Of a stretch of 64,000 bases of DNA, positions 19,101-29,800 are shown piece after piece. Location of the stretch: the IMG/VR virus record IMGVR_UViG_3300047557_000941, positions 1 to 64,000 of that record. The stretch is one strand, 5' to 3'. The stretch's first letter is position 1. The number at the start of each line of letters is the position of its first letter. A model generated the notes under the pieces. It saw nothing but the letters and a program-made list of their open reading frames with translations, ran no database searches and was not told the DNA's origin. Source of the DNA: an uncultured virus (IMG/VR IMGVR_UViG_3300047557_000941) (lineage: Duplodnaviria > Heunggongvirae > Uroviricota > Caudoviricetes > Crassvirales). Both the position numbers and the translations under genes were made by a program.

Positions 19101-20317
19101 ATAAGATATCTAAAGTTCTTTATGGTAAGAATTTATTGAGTGATTCAACAGGTGGAGGCGTAGTTGCATCTATTCCTGAGGTATTGGGTACTCAAATTTC
19201 TTACGAAGGAGAATATGGTATTAGTTTAAACCCAGAAAGTTTTACTAAGTGGGGTAATGATTTATTCTTTACTGACGCTAGACGTGGTGCTGTTATGGCA
19301 TTACAACCTAATGGTTTATTTGAGGTCTCATCCCAAGGAATGAAGAACTGGTTTAAAGCAAACTTAGATACTAATACAGTAAAACTAGGAATGTTTGATC
19401 CATACTTTGAGCATTATGTTTTAGCGTTAGATAATGATAGACAAATTAAAACTTGCTCATTATCGGTAACACCTACATCTTTATCATTTGATGGTTTGGC
19501 TCAGAGCAAAACATTTTACATTGAGTCTAATTCTGATTGGGAGATAACTGTTCCGACTAACACTTGGGTTACATTAAGTGATAGATTTGGTTCTAATAAT
19601 CAATTGATTACAGTTACAGTTACAGAAAATACCACAACTGCTAGAGATTTAGACATAACAATAAATAGTTGTGCTGATGATGTAGTATTAAATATCAGTC
19701 AAGAGGTATTATACGATTGGTATAAATTATTAAACTGTGATGTATTTAGTACTCCATATACAATTCAGTATGCGGCAGGTACTTATGAACTTAATGATCG
19801 TGTCACTTTTGGTGATTCTACATTTAATATCATTGAGGTTTTACATGAAGAGCCTGCAGGAGTTTTAATAGATGTTGAGCCTACAGGACTTCAAGGATGT
19901 CCTACTCCTGCTGCTTATTGGTATCAATTGTTTAACTGCTTTGATAGCTCTACTGCTAACTCTCAAAGTTATGCTACCGGCATATTTAACATAGATGACA
20001 GAGTTACATCAGGGGGTAGTACGTATGTTATTACAGGTGAAATAGAATACAACCCTGGTGGGACATTATTAGCAATTACTCCTACAGGAGAAACGGGTTG
20101 TGAGACATTAACTACTTACTATGAGTTATCAGAATGCTCTCCTGGTACAGGATATGCATACACTACGATTGTTCCTGGATCAGTTGGTAGAAGATATGTA
20201 TTGCCATATCCAACAGAGAAGTTCTATACTTATACAGGAGCCACATTAACACAAACTACTGTTCCTCCTGGATATAATGGTTCAATTCAAATAACATCGT
20301 TCTATAGTTGTCCGTAA
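16199..20317 (+). CDS. Tail muzzle/stabilisation-like protein (N-terminal part) with C-terminal BACON domain and three Cys-bounded repeats
   Basis: NFLSGVMNKDLD..LPDGAYRDALN start, NRDYEIGIVYLDDYGR, GNGVESFRIRD, GEYGISLNPESF, FFTDARRGAV; BACON-like segment at ~19451-19665. Confidence 0.75.
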   Translation: MIELQRNFLSGVMNKDLDPHFLPDGAYRDALNIIVGDSDGTFVSEEGSHNGVAQNYLGNVLKGTDYELTNAMCIGSLAYEANNCIYWLVASDYLDAIYEYNETLDLTTPVIQATKTPTTTSKLGFNKEFFVTGINYINGLLFWTDNLNPPRRINIDRAKNYAVNGFTEADINVILAPPLSAPTINLYSQGEANNLENKFLYFSYRYKYLDNEYSALSPFSPVAFFPKEYAYDYGVSENVSMVNNFNTADITFNSGPKTVKEIQLVFRDTLSTNTYVIDNLVKSLNNYDDDSEYQYKFKNNKVFTLLPIEQVNRLFDNVPIKAKSQELIGSRLVYGNYTQFFDLLKENKEPINPAFSVSLLSNSVVSGTPTPTFKSNRDYEIGIVYLDDYGRTTTVITPTDNTNTIYIPPVNAVDANNIRITIDGTYQPPSFATHYRFMIKQDKQDYYNVFPLTYFNDGQFKWFLINQADQDKISVGSYLYLKSAATNTNVQYKVLDIESKNANFLNSADSVQPAGVYFKLKIEASELPPVTYYKDYNVGGYPSSATTLVFDRFNVAENAIFYGSGLDTMTTGASNVYTGDNDTRFYVEIDNVAGTTFKYYASQNGNYKVLVASGITINSAADQVLTYSGGTCSIRFAANSGYTFKDYWVVNCRGNVAEVCLNIFGGYIDYNTPVPGVFFTLNNWDPTAAHDEDRPVKAGAILTFKYKETNGTDQWITQTFISTRDYVNIEEWFVEDGAYQKWVALGTSDENVGPKNVCFRRGLQLSSGRPGSISQGSTISSTSLAYPVYMYFYSYQGGAEPAIDTEFSLQQSEFPSLFETVPTDTNQDIYYELSQTYPIIDGNHYGNVDNQNIALGAPAIIDLNTLDFNSDFNAFTFGNGVESFRIRDAWNSATMQFSPRVNSTIEGYEQQTLVQALTYSGIYTQTSAINRLNEFNLSLGNFKYLDRFFGSIQKLFSRDTDLVVLQENKISKVLYGKNLLSDSTGGGVVASIPEVLGTQISYEGEYGISLNPESFTKWGNDLFFTDARRGAVMALQPNGLFEVSSQGMKNWFKANLDTNTVKLGMFDPYFEHYVLALDNDRQIKTCSLSVTPTSLSFDGLAQSKTFYIESNSDWEITVPTNTWVTLSDRFGSNNQLITVTVTENTTTARDLDITINSCADDVVLNISQEVLYDWYKLLNCDVFSTPYTIQYAAGTYELNDRVTFGDSTFNIIEVLHEEPAGVLIDVEPTGLQGCPTPAAYWYQLFNCFDSSTANSQSYATGIFNIDDRVTSGGSTYVITGEIEYNPGGTLLAITPTGETGCETLTTYYELSECSPGTGYAYTTIVPGSVGRRYVLPYPTEKFYTYTGATLTQTTVPPGYNGSIQITSFYSCP

Positions 20318-20344
20318 TATTAAAATAAGTAAATTTGTAAGCAT

Positions 20345-21073
20345 ATGGCTAACTATACAATAACATATTCTCCGAGATTATCAGGATGGACATCATACCA
20401 CTCATATTTACCAGAGTGGATGGTGTCTATGAATAATTATTTGTACACATTTAAGAACGGTAATTTATACAAGCATAACTCCAATACGACTAGAAATAGT
20501 TACTATGGGACATTGTACCCGTCTAAAATAACAACCATATTTAATAACGAGCCGTCTCAAACAAAGTCATTTAAAACAATAGCCACCAACTCAACGACTG
20601 CTTGGGAAACAGCTATCTTAGCTGACCAAGGAGAAGGGTATATCGATGCAGATTGGTATGCGTTAAAAGAAGGTACTTGGTACGCTTATATCAGACGTAA
20701 CGAAGCCACACATAGCGATGTGTCTATGACATCTGTACAGGGCATAGGTAATGTGACTACGTATGCGGCAGGTGTACTTACGTTTGCGTTTAATATTGGT
20801 GATATAATTAGCACAGGAGACGTTCTTTATTGGGTTAACGCAGGCGTACTTACGTTAATTGGAACAATCACTGCACACACTGCGACTACAGTAACCGTGA
20901 GTGTGACTGGGACCGCACCAACAAATGGTAGCTTTATTCTTTACGAGAAGAGCCCGGTAGCTGAGTCTAGCCCAACAAGGGGAACTTACTTGAGCGTAGA
21001 GTTTACAAATAACGATACAGATTACACAGAAATGTATATGGTAACTTCTGACGTATTCAAGAGTTATCCTTGA
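20345..21073 (+). CDS. Tail protein, probably the separated C-terminal part of the muzzle protein
   Basis: TITYSPRLSGWTSYHSYLPE...YTFKNGNLYKHN, KSFKTI, KEGTWYAYI, RGTYLSVEFTN. Confidence 0.65.
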   Translation: MANYTITYSPRLSGWTSYHSYLPEWMVSMNNYLYTFKNGNLYKHNSNTTRNSYYGTLYPSKITTIFNNEPSQTKSFKTIATNSTTAWETAILADQGEGYIDADWYALKEGTWYAYIRRNEATHSDVSMTSVQGIGNVTTYAAGVLTFAFNIGDIISTGDVLYWVNAGVLTLIGTITAHTATTVTVSVTGTAPTNGSFILYEKSPVAESSPTRGTYLSVEFTNNDTDYTEMYMVTSDVFKSYP

Positions 21074-21094
21074 TAATTTAATTATATTTGTAGA

Positions 21095-21502
21095 ATGAAA
21101 TTTAATATTAGGTTACTAAACGAAAGTGACTACGATAATACATTGGTAAAATGGTGGAAAGATTGGAGATGGCAAGCCCCTCCAAAAGAAATGCTACCCA
21201 ACAATGGATTAGGTGGTTTTATGATTTCAAAAGGAGATGTGGATGTTTGTGCAGGTTTTGCATATTTCACTAATTCAGGGATCGCATTTTGTGAGTTTAT
21301 AGTATCTAATTTTAAATATAAGGATAAGGATAGACACGAGGCTATTGAGTTATTAATTGAAACAATATCTCAGGCTTGTAAGGATGCAGGGCATAAAGCT
21401 GTTTGGACTTGTCTTATTAATAAGAGTTTGGTTAGTAAATACGAAAAATGTGGATTTACAAAATCAAATACCAATTGTACAGAAATGATTAAATTATTAT
21501 AA
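21095..21502 (+). CDS. GNAT-fold protein preceding the ejection genes
   Basis: IRLLNESD start, CAGFAYFT, KYEKCGF; position typical of podophage acetyltransferase-like genes. Confidence 0.6.
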   Translation: MKFNIRLLNESDYDNTLVKWWKDWRWQAPPKEMLPNNGLGGFMISKGDVDVCAGFAYFTNSGIAFCEFIVSNFKYKDKDRHEAIELLIETISQACKDAGHKAVWTCLINKSLVSKYEKCGFTKSNTNCTEMIKLL

Positions 21503-21503
21503 C

Positions 21504-22415
21504 ATGGCAGCAATAACAGCATCATTAATAGCTGGAACAGCATTAACAGCACCTATAATAGCAGCTGGTGTCACAGGAGCCGTAGCTGCTGGTGGTTCTG
21601 CATTAAATATTATTCAAGGATCAAATGCTAAAGGAGAAGCAGAAGATGCAGCAAGCAAAGCAGCTCAATCTTTAGCCCAAATGCAAGAGGCTGACAAATT
21701 TAAAAGTTTGCAAGTTCCTACTCTTGGATTAGAAATGGCTCAACAAAATGTTCAAGCCAGACAAGCACAACAGCTACAAGGGTTAAGGGATATTGGTGCA
21801 GCTGGAGTATTAGGTGGTCTTACTGCACTAAACCAACAAGGTCAAGCAGAAGATTTACAGTTAGCAGCACAAGCTCAACAAGCTCAATATGCACGTGACT
21901 TAGCTCAAGCACAAAATGCTCAAGGGGTAGAACAAAGAAATTTAGCTAGAAAATCAGGATTAGAACAGCAACGGTTAGAAGGAGCTCAAGCTGCGGCTGC
22001 TTATGGACAAAGCCAAATCAACATGGGGATTCAAGGAATTGCTCAGACAGCTGGCAATCTTGCTGGTCAATATATGAAAGACCAACCTTTATGGGGACAA
22101 GATACAACAGGAGTTAATTTAAAGCCGTATCAAAGTCAATTAACTAATCAGCAGACTCAACAAATTGGCACTAATGCACAACAAGCATTAGCTCCACAGT
22201 TAAATAAAATGATGCCGCAAGGAATTATGACTCCTGCTCAAAGTGCAATGAAGTCTAATTTTAATTATAACCAAAATTTACAAGGGTTAAGAGCTGCTCA
22301 AGGACAATATGATGCTTTTAAATTATCGGGACTTCGTGCACCACAAAGTGCATTTGACCAGCAGTATGCATGGAATCCAATTAACAATGAGTGGTATGCT
22401 AATTCTACTTTTTAA
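21504..22415 (+). CDS. Putative ejection / internal virion protein 1
   Basis: Ala/Gly-rich hydrophobic N-terminus and Gln/Ala-rich helices. Confidence 0.65.
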   Translation: MAAITASLIAGTALTAPIIAAGVTGAVAAGGSALNIIQGSNAKGEAEDAASKAAQSLAQMQEADKFKSLQVPTLGLEMAQQNVQARQAQQLQGLRDIGAAGVLGGLTALNQQGQAEDLQLAAQAQQAQYARDLAQAQNAQGVEQRNLARKSGLEQQRLEGAQAAAAYGQSQINMGIQGIAQTAGNLAGQYMKDQPLWGQDTTGVNLKPYQSQLTNQQTQQIGTNAQQALAPQLNKMMPQGIMTPAQSAMKSNFNYNQNLQGLRAAQGQYDAFKLSGLRAPQSAFDQQYAWNPINNEWYANSTF

Positions 22416-22425
22416 TTAATCAAAC

Positions 22426-23877
22426 ATGGCAGAATACGCAGGATATGTAGGCAATCAAGTTCCTCCAACAGATTGGGGTAAGATTGGTACGCAGTTATTT
22501 GATCAGTATAACAAGATAAATGAAGATAGAAAAGCAGAAAAAGAAAAAATTGAAAATGATTTTTCTGAAACTTTTCAAAAAATTGGTGAATACGAAAGTA
22601 CTACAGACCAAACAACAAATGAATATTTGTATAAAGGTGTAGATGAAGCTCGTAATGCACTAAAAACTCAATACGATTTATTGAAGAAAGGTGCCATTAC
22701 TATGGCAGATTATAAGCTGAAGAAAAATACGCTTATGACTGATTGGGGTAATGTATCAAAAGCCCTTAAAAATAATGCAGGGATTATGGAAGGCATTCAA
22801 AAAATGAATGCAAGCGGAAAAATGTCTGGATTTGGTAGATATCGTTCAGAAAAATATGGTCAACAACTTGATATTAAAGACGGAAAACTTTATGTTAATC
22901 CAGACACATTACGTGTTTATGGAGCTAAAGTAAATCCTAAAACAGGTCTTGTTGATGCACCAACTAATGTATATAGTCCAGTGTCAATGATTAATCAATA
23001 TAATATTATTGATGAAAAAGTTGACTTGAATAATGGTGTTACCGAATTCTTAAAGCGTGTATCTGATTATGGTATTGCTAAAAATCTCGGAGGAGGTAGA
23101 ATTGAACTTATTGAAAATGCTCGACAAAATTCTTCATATAAAAATGCACTTGAACTTCAAGTTAATGCATTAACAGTAACGCCATTTAAAGCCGCTAGTG
23201 TTTTAATGGATTATGCAGGAGGATACCAATTTGCGGAAACAGAAGCTGAGAAAAAACAATTAATAGCAAATGGAGTGCTTGCTGAGAATATTATTTCTGC
23301 AGAAAGAGTAAATGGGGTTCTTACTCCAGTGCTTACTGATACTCAAAAGAAAGCAGCACAGTCTTATGTTAGAGACCAAATTGAAGTAGGTGTTGGGCAG
23401 AAGGAAAGTGAGACTGCTGGGTGGGCACCTCCTAAACCGGATAAAGCTGAAAAAACTCCTGAAGCTGTAACAAAAAGAAGAGATTTATATGGACACGCTG
23501 TAGGTATGTCCGAAACATTTAGAAAAGACCCAACAAACCCACAAGTATTATCTGAAATAGCTGGATTGTACCCAACAGGTTCAGTTATAGTCGAACCATT
23601 AAAACGTGGTAATGATGTAATTGGATTTAATATATTTAAAAAAGACGAAAACGGAAATAAAGTAAAGGGATCTAATGTGGGTGGAACATATGATAGAATA
23701 CGAATAGACCCAGATGCTATATACCAAAGATTAACAAAGGACAATAGAATGGGCGAGGAATATGGTACGTCCGAAACAGCAAAAAGAGATTGGGTTCAAG
23801 CTGGCAATAATCCTAACAGAACCTTATTTGATTACAAGGGTACGAATAAAAAACCAGGTCTATTGGACGATAAATAA
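22426..23877 (+). CDS. Putative ejection / internal virion protein 2
   Basis: 483 aa, between ejection protein 1 and the giant protein. Confidence 0.6.
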   Translation: MAEYAGYVGNQVPPTDWGKIGTQLFDQYNKINEDRKAEKEKIENDFSETFQKIGEYESTTDQTTNEYLYKGVDEARNALKTQYDLLKKGAITMADYKLKKNTLMTDWGNVSKALKNNAGIMEGIQKMNASGKMSGFGRYRSEKYGQQLDIKDGKLYVNPDTLRVYGAKVNPKTGLVDAPTNVYSPVSMINQYNIIDEKVDLNNGVTEFLKRVSDYGIAKNLGGGRIELIENARQNSSYKNALELQVNALTVTPFKAASVLMDYAGGYQFAETEAEKKQLIANGVLAENIISAERVNGVLTPVLTDTQKKAAQSYVRDQIEVGVGQKESETAGWAPPKPDKAEKTPEAVTKRRDLYGHAVGMSETFRKDPTNPQVLSEIAGLYPTGSVIVEPLKRGNDVIGFNIFKKDENGNKVKGSNVGGTYDRIRIDPDAIYQRLTKDNRMGEEYGTSETAKRDWVQAGNNPNRTLFDYKGTNKKPGLLDDK

Positions 23878-23889
23878 TAACAAGAATTT

Positions 23890-26800
23890 ATGGATAACGG
23901 TAAAAGATTATACGATCAATTAAGTAAGGACAAATTATATACCAAATCTTATGATGAGTTTGTTAATCAGTTCGGTAGTCCTGATGGACAGAAGAGATTG
24001 TATAATACCTTAAAGGAGCAGAATCTTTATACAAAATCTGAACAAGAATTTGTAGGCCAGTTTTGGTCAAAAAAAAAAGACCAGACTCAAGGTATGGTTT
24101 CAGCTACTCCTTCGGAAACTACGAAGCCTTCTTCGGTTTCCAAAGGTCAGATAGTAACTGGACCATCGGCATCATTTGGTCAATCAGGAAGTAAACTTTT
24201 AGCACAAGAGCCTACTAAACAAGAACTACCTTCAACCGAGGGCGAGCTTCTTCGTGCACCAGAAAAACCAAAACCATATAATTTAAAAGATAAATCTTGG
24301 TTAGAAAATAAACAAGATGTTAATGCTTTAAGTAAAGGCGTCATTGAGAAATCAAAACTTGTGGCATCTGATATCAAGGCATTTAATGCTGACTCGAAAT
24401 CGTTTCAAGATGACTTAAATTCTTTTCAGCAATTAGCTGAACTTAATCCGTCTGATCCCCAATTAATTACACTTCAAAAAGACTTACAAAAAAGACAAGA
24501 GGAATTAAACCAAAGATCTCAGGCACTTAATAATCAAGCAAGTGAGGTTGATGTAGCAAATCTTGAATTAAAAAAGAAAGCTGTAGCAAACTATAAGAAA
24601 AAAGCAGAGCAAGGTAATTGGGGAGGAGCTCTTTGGAATTCAATTATAAATGGTCTGGAAAGTTCTGCACAAGGATTTCAACGGTCTACTATTGATGCAG
24701 GTATTGAATTGCTTGATTTAATGGGTATAGATTATGCAAGCAAGGAAAAGAAAGCTGAATTAAGAAACCAAGTTATAAAAGAAGGTAAAGGTAAACTTAC
24801 TGAAGAGGAGATTAACTCAAAAGTTAAAGACTTATCTAAAAAGGAAGTTATAAATACATTCAAACCTATTCTTAAAAAGGGATACGAAGAAGTAAAGTCA
24901 AAGGGAACTACAGAAGAATTTATTCAAGAGAAGAAGAAAGAAGGAATTCTTCCACTTGCGACATTAGGTATAGCTGAAAGTTTACCTATAATGGCATCTG
25001 GTGGATATGGTCGTTTTGCTACTGGTGCGATGCAAACATATGCAAGCCTAAACGAACAAATGGATAATGATCCGGCATTGGCATCAATGGATGAAAATGA
25101 AAGGAAAAAAATCACATTACCTATTGCAATTATATCTGGTTATTTAGAAGATGTTAGCTTTGGTAGATTATTAAAACAAGGTGCTCCTGCATTAACTCCT
25201 GTTGTTGGAAAATTTGTTTCTGCGGTATTATCAAAAATACCTGCAAACGCAACAATGGATTTAATAGGCAAAGCAACCAAAGAGTTTGCAGAAAGTACTG
25301 CTGGTAAATTACTATTAAAGACTGCAGAAAGTGCTGCAAAGTCTTATGGAGTTGAAGCTGAAACAGGAGCATTACAATCTTCTGCAGAAATGATTACTAA
25401 AGAAATTTATGATAAAGCAAATAACATAGATTTATTTAAGAATCCTGAAATACTTTCTAAAGAATTTCTAGGCAAAGTTATATACGATGCTAATGTTGAA
25501 GGTATTGGTGGTCTAATTATGGGAGCACCTATCATGGCAGCTCAATCTGCTTTAAAAGGCAAAGACTTATCTAATGATGATTTTGTTGCAATGAAGTCTT
25601 TGATTCAAGACCCAGAAAATGCACAATTAACAATATCTAAAATAACAACTGATTTATCAACTGGCGTCATCACAAAAGAGGATGCTGAAAATCAATTAAA
25701 AGCATTAAATGAATCTAAGCGAATTCTTGATTTAATACCTGATCAAATTCCTGTAGAAAGTCAAAGAAAAGCATTTACTATATTAGCAGATAATGCTAAA
25801 ATTGAATCTGAATTAGAGCAGATGTCTGAATCTATTGTAGGTAAAGACCCTAATTTAGTTACAGATGTTACTGCTTCAATGAAAGAAAAAGAAGCACAAA
25901 TAGAAAAAAATAATCAAGAACTATCTAAACTACCAAAAAATGCCATTCAAGAGCAAACAACAAGTGAAGTACCTGTACAGCCAGAAACCGGAGTTAGCGG
26001 AGAAGTGGAGGAAGGAGAACCCCAATCAGAACCTCAAGTCCCTACCGAAGAAGTTAAAGTCGAAGAAGTAGCTCAGCCAACAGAGATGTCTCAAGAGGAA
26101 TGGACAAAAGTCCAGGAATTAGCAGATAGAATATATAATGGCGAGGAGATTACGGCTGCAGAAGATTTACAAATGCAGCAAAAATATCCAAAAGCGATTG
26201 AATCTTTGTTGTCAAAAAAACAAGAGCCTACTGAAACACCTAAAGCTACAAAATTGTCTGATGAGCAAAATTCAGCAATAAAAAACGGTATTAAAAAAGC
26301 AGAAGATTTAGTTAAAGCATTCCCTAAACGTCAGCCATTAGCTGTAAAAGAAAAAGCTATAACTGAATTTCAAAAAACAAACCAAGAGTACATCGATGCT
26401 GACCAAACTCAGAAAGAAGAGATGATCAGACAAATGAACTATTCACTTGGTACAGCTAAGAAAGTATCACCTCCATCTGTAAAGAAGGTGTTGGGTATTA
26501 AACCAACAATGATTCTTGTAGATGAGATGAAGTCATTACAAGAGAAACTAAAACTACAAGAGAAAGCTGCTAAGAGTGGAATGGACTTTGCAAACAAGGC
26601 TAAAAAACTTGTTAATTTAACACTCAAAAAATTACCTAAAGGTGCGTTGGACACAAAAGCAATTAATTCTTTATTAACTGCTTTAGATGGTAAAGCAGAG
26701 ACGGCTGAGCAAAGAAGTGTTATTATAGGTAAAGTATTAGATATTTTTAAGAAGTCAGAGGATAAGGTAGCTATTAGTAATGCTAAGTTAGTGTCTAGTC

Positions 26801-29800
26801 AAATCGAGGCTGAGATCAGAGGAGCTAAGAAAGGTGTAGACTTTGTAAAAAGAATTACAAAAAGTCTTAGCGAAACATTGAAGTCAATGGTTTCACGAGG
26901 GGCTATTACACCTTTTCAACAATCAGCTATTTTCAATGGGTTAAAGTCTAACCTTGCTAACCCAGCTATGCTTGATAAATTCATTGCTAAAGTGCAACAA
27001 ATTATTGAGAAAGCAGATTATGCAAAAGACTTGTTTGATGCCAATAAACTTAAAGGTAGAATATCTAGTATAGCAAAAAGAAAAAACTTATCTCCTGAAG
27101 ATAAGAACATTGCTAAAGGATTTACTTCTATTAACCCTGATTTAGTAACTAACCTACCTGAGTACATAAATAAAGCTACCGCATTCATTGAGTCTGTGTC
27201 TGCTCCAAAGGTTGTTGAGGGTAAAACAGTTAAACCTAAAGTAATTAATTACAAGGAGTTTAATGATTACCTAAACAAGCAAGCCACAATACAGCAGAAA
27301 GCATTAGATGATGCTATGTCGGCTAAATACGATAAGCTATTGGAGGAGGGGAAAGTTACCAGCAATATGAATGTTGCTGATATCGAGGATTATTTAAAAG
27401 GTGTACAAGAAAACCCTAAATCATTTGATTACCCTAAGTCTGTTCAAGTACTAAAGGACTCTAGAGAGTTCTTTGAGGATTCAAAGAAAGAGGTACTTGA
27501 GATGATTAAGAATGGAGAGGTTAATAAAGAAGACCTACCATTGATTAAGAAGTTTATTGACATGAACTTGCTTAGAATGTCATCAATGGATGCGTTTAAA
27601 GCCGCTAAATCATTAGAGAACTTTATTGTTAACGGATCTACGGCAAACATGGGTCTTATACTTGACACATACACAGGTGCTTTGAAAGCAGATCAAATGC
27701 TAAAGTTGCTTGAGTACAAGAAGCGTGTTGTCGATAAAAAAATAAAGCTAGGAGGCTACAAAAAATATGTATATGCTTTAGGAGATATTCCGTATTACTT
27801 AAGCAATAAAAAAGTAAAGAAGCTATCTGATGTTTACCAAGAGAATTGGTTGAAGGAGTTAGGTCATATAGATAATTTTGGTTCTACATATTTTGGAAAA
27901 CCATGGGAAGATATAAAAGAGGCGATGGGATATGACAGAATTGAGCAAGGAGCTGTTCAAACAAAACAAGCAGTAATTGATTTCTCTAATAAAATAGAGG
28001 AGAAGTATAAGGATAGAAAAAATGGTGAGCATAATTTCTTGACATCATATACAGCTAATGAATTGGCTATGGTTGGTATTTTGTACAGAGAGGCAACCAA
28101 TATGGATACCAAGCAGTATTTTGATGAAAGAAAGAAAAACATAAAAGAGACTATTGAGTACTTAGAAGAGCAAGAAGAGAATAAGGACTTAGCTGAAAGA
28201 CTTCGTGATATTTACGAAAAGTTAGATATTGAGAATGCTACTAGTGGCAAGGAAGTTTTTGATAGAGCTAATCCTGTTATTCGTGAAGCACTTAATGATT
28301 ACATCTCTGAGTATCAAAAATGGTATCCCGAGTTTGCTAGAATTGCTAAGGAGCAGTTTGGTATTATACTTTCACCTGACGCTAACTACTTGCCTGACTT
28401 CTGGGAAAAGACTGTTGACTATGATCCAGAGGCTGACGTGTTCTCGACAAGAGGATTTAGTATCGGTCATGATATTGTTAATACAAAGCCGGCAGGAAAC
28501 TTTATTGCACCTAAATACCCTGATGGATTACCACGAAACGCAGATGGTAGTGTAAATAAAATTATTAATTTTGATTTCTTTCAAAATAATAACAGAGCAC
28601 TTACGTCTACTATTGGTAATGTAAAGACTGCACCTGGCATGAATCAGTATTTGGGCTTTGTTAATTCACCTGCGTTTAGATACATTATCAAGAATAAGTA
28701 CTCTAGAGATTTATTTAAAGATAAGATGGACTACACTATTCGTAGTTTGACTAATAACGCAAAAACTCCTAAGTCAGGAGCTATCTTTGATTTCTTAGCA
28801 CCACTATATAGTTACCTTGGAAAGGCAGGTGCTAGATTAGGACTTAGTTCAGTTTTTGCGGCTAGTAAGCAGACTCTACCATTGTTCTTAAATACATTAA
28901 CTTACTTGAATAAAAATTCAGGTAAAATGCTTGAGGCAATGAAGATTATTAATGACCCTAAGGTTATGGAGTGGATGAATAAGATGCCATATACAGTTAG
29001 TGTAAGGAGTAAGGAGTCTGTTACGTCTATAGATTTTGCATCAAAGTTATTAGATAAAGGCGATTACTCGACTAAGGATAAGGCCGCAAAGTCAATTAAG
29101 AGTGCCTTGGATTTTATTATCGATAAGCGATTAGTGCCTGCCGATGTTTACATTGCTCGTACTTCTTGGCTTGCTATTTATTTGAACGAACTACAAAAAC
29201 TTGGTGTCAAAGACTTTGATTTTGATGGGTATGATAGCCCAGAAAGTATTAAAGCGGCAAAAGAAGCTGAGCGAATTGTCAAAAAGGAGCATAACCAAAG
29301 TATGTCTGAGCTATTGCCTAGACTATACTCAGGTAAAGACTCTGCAAGAAAATTCGCTAGGATGGCTTTTGGTCCATTCTCTGGATACTCAATGGCAATG
29401 AAAGATAAAATAAAAGCTAACTCAGCTATTTTATTTGACACGAACTTCAAAGCAACCAAAGAAGAGAAAGCTGATGCAGCCAAATCTATGGTGGCTACAT
29501 TGATAGAACAAACTATGTTCAATGGATTAAGATGGGGTATTGGGGCATTTTTTATTGGTGTGGCTAACTACATTGATAATGAGGAGGAAGATGAGGATAC
29601 TAAAACACTCAAAGCAATGCAGGAGGCTCAAAGGATGGGTACTAGCACATTGCAATCATTTACTGGATCACTTCCCTTTGTAGAGGAAGAGGCAGAGCAA
29701 TATGCTATAAATGGGTTACTAGACTTAGTTGACTATCTTCACGCTTATATTACTAATAAAGAAGATGGTAAAATGAGTCCAGAGCAAGAAGCTGCTTGGA

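Noticed and set aside
1889..20317. Possible DGR template/variable-repeat pair between the two similar C-termini
   Set aside because: Similarity is at protein level with synonymous changes and indels, not adenine-specific, and no reverse transcriptase is present in the window.
28229..28555. 108-aa +1-frame ORF inside the giant gene
   Set aside because: Leu/Ile/Met-rich composition typical of off-frame reading, TTG start, and the host frame shows no relaxed linker here, unlike 25940..26071.
29212..29226. DFDFD in the 2115-aa protein, resembling the DxDxD motif of crAss-like virion RNA polymerases
   Set aside because: It lies in a loop between predicted helices with no recognisable double-psi-barrel context, and host-type promoters precede early genes; probably chance. 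HHpred would settle it.
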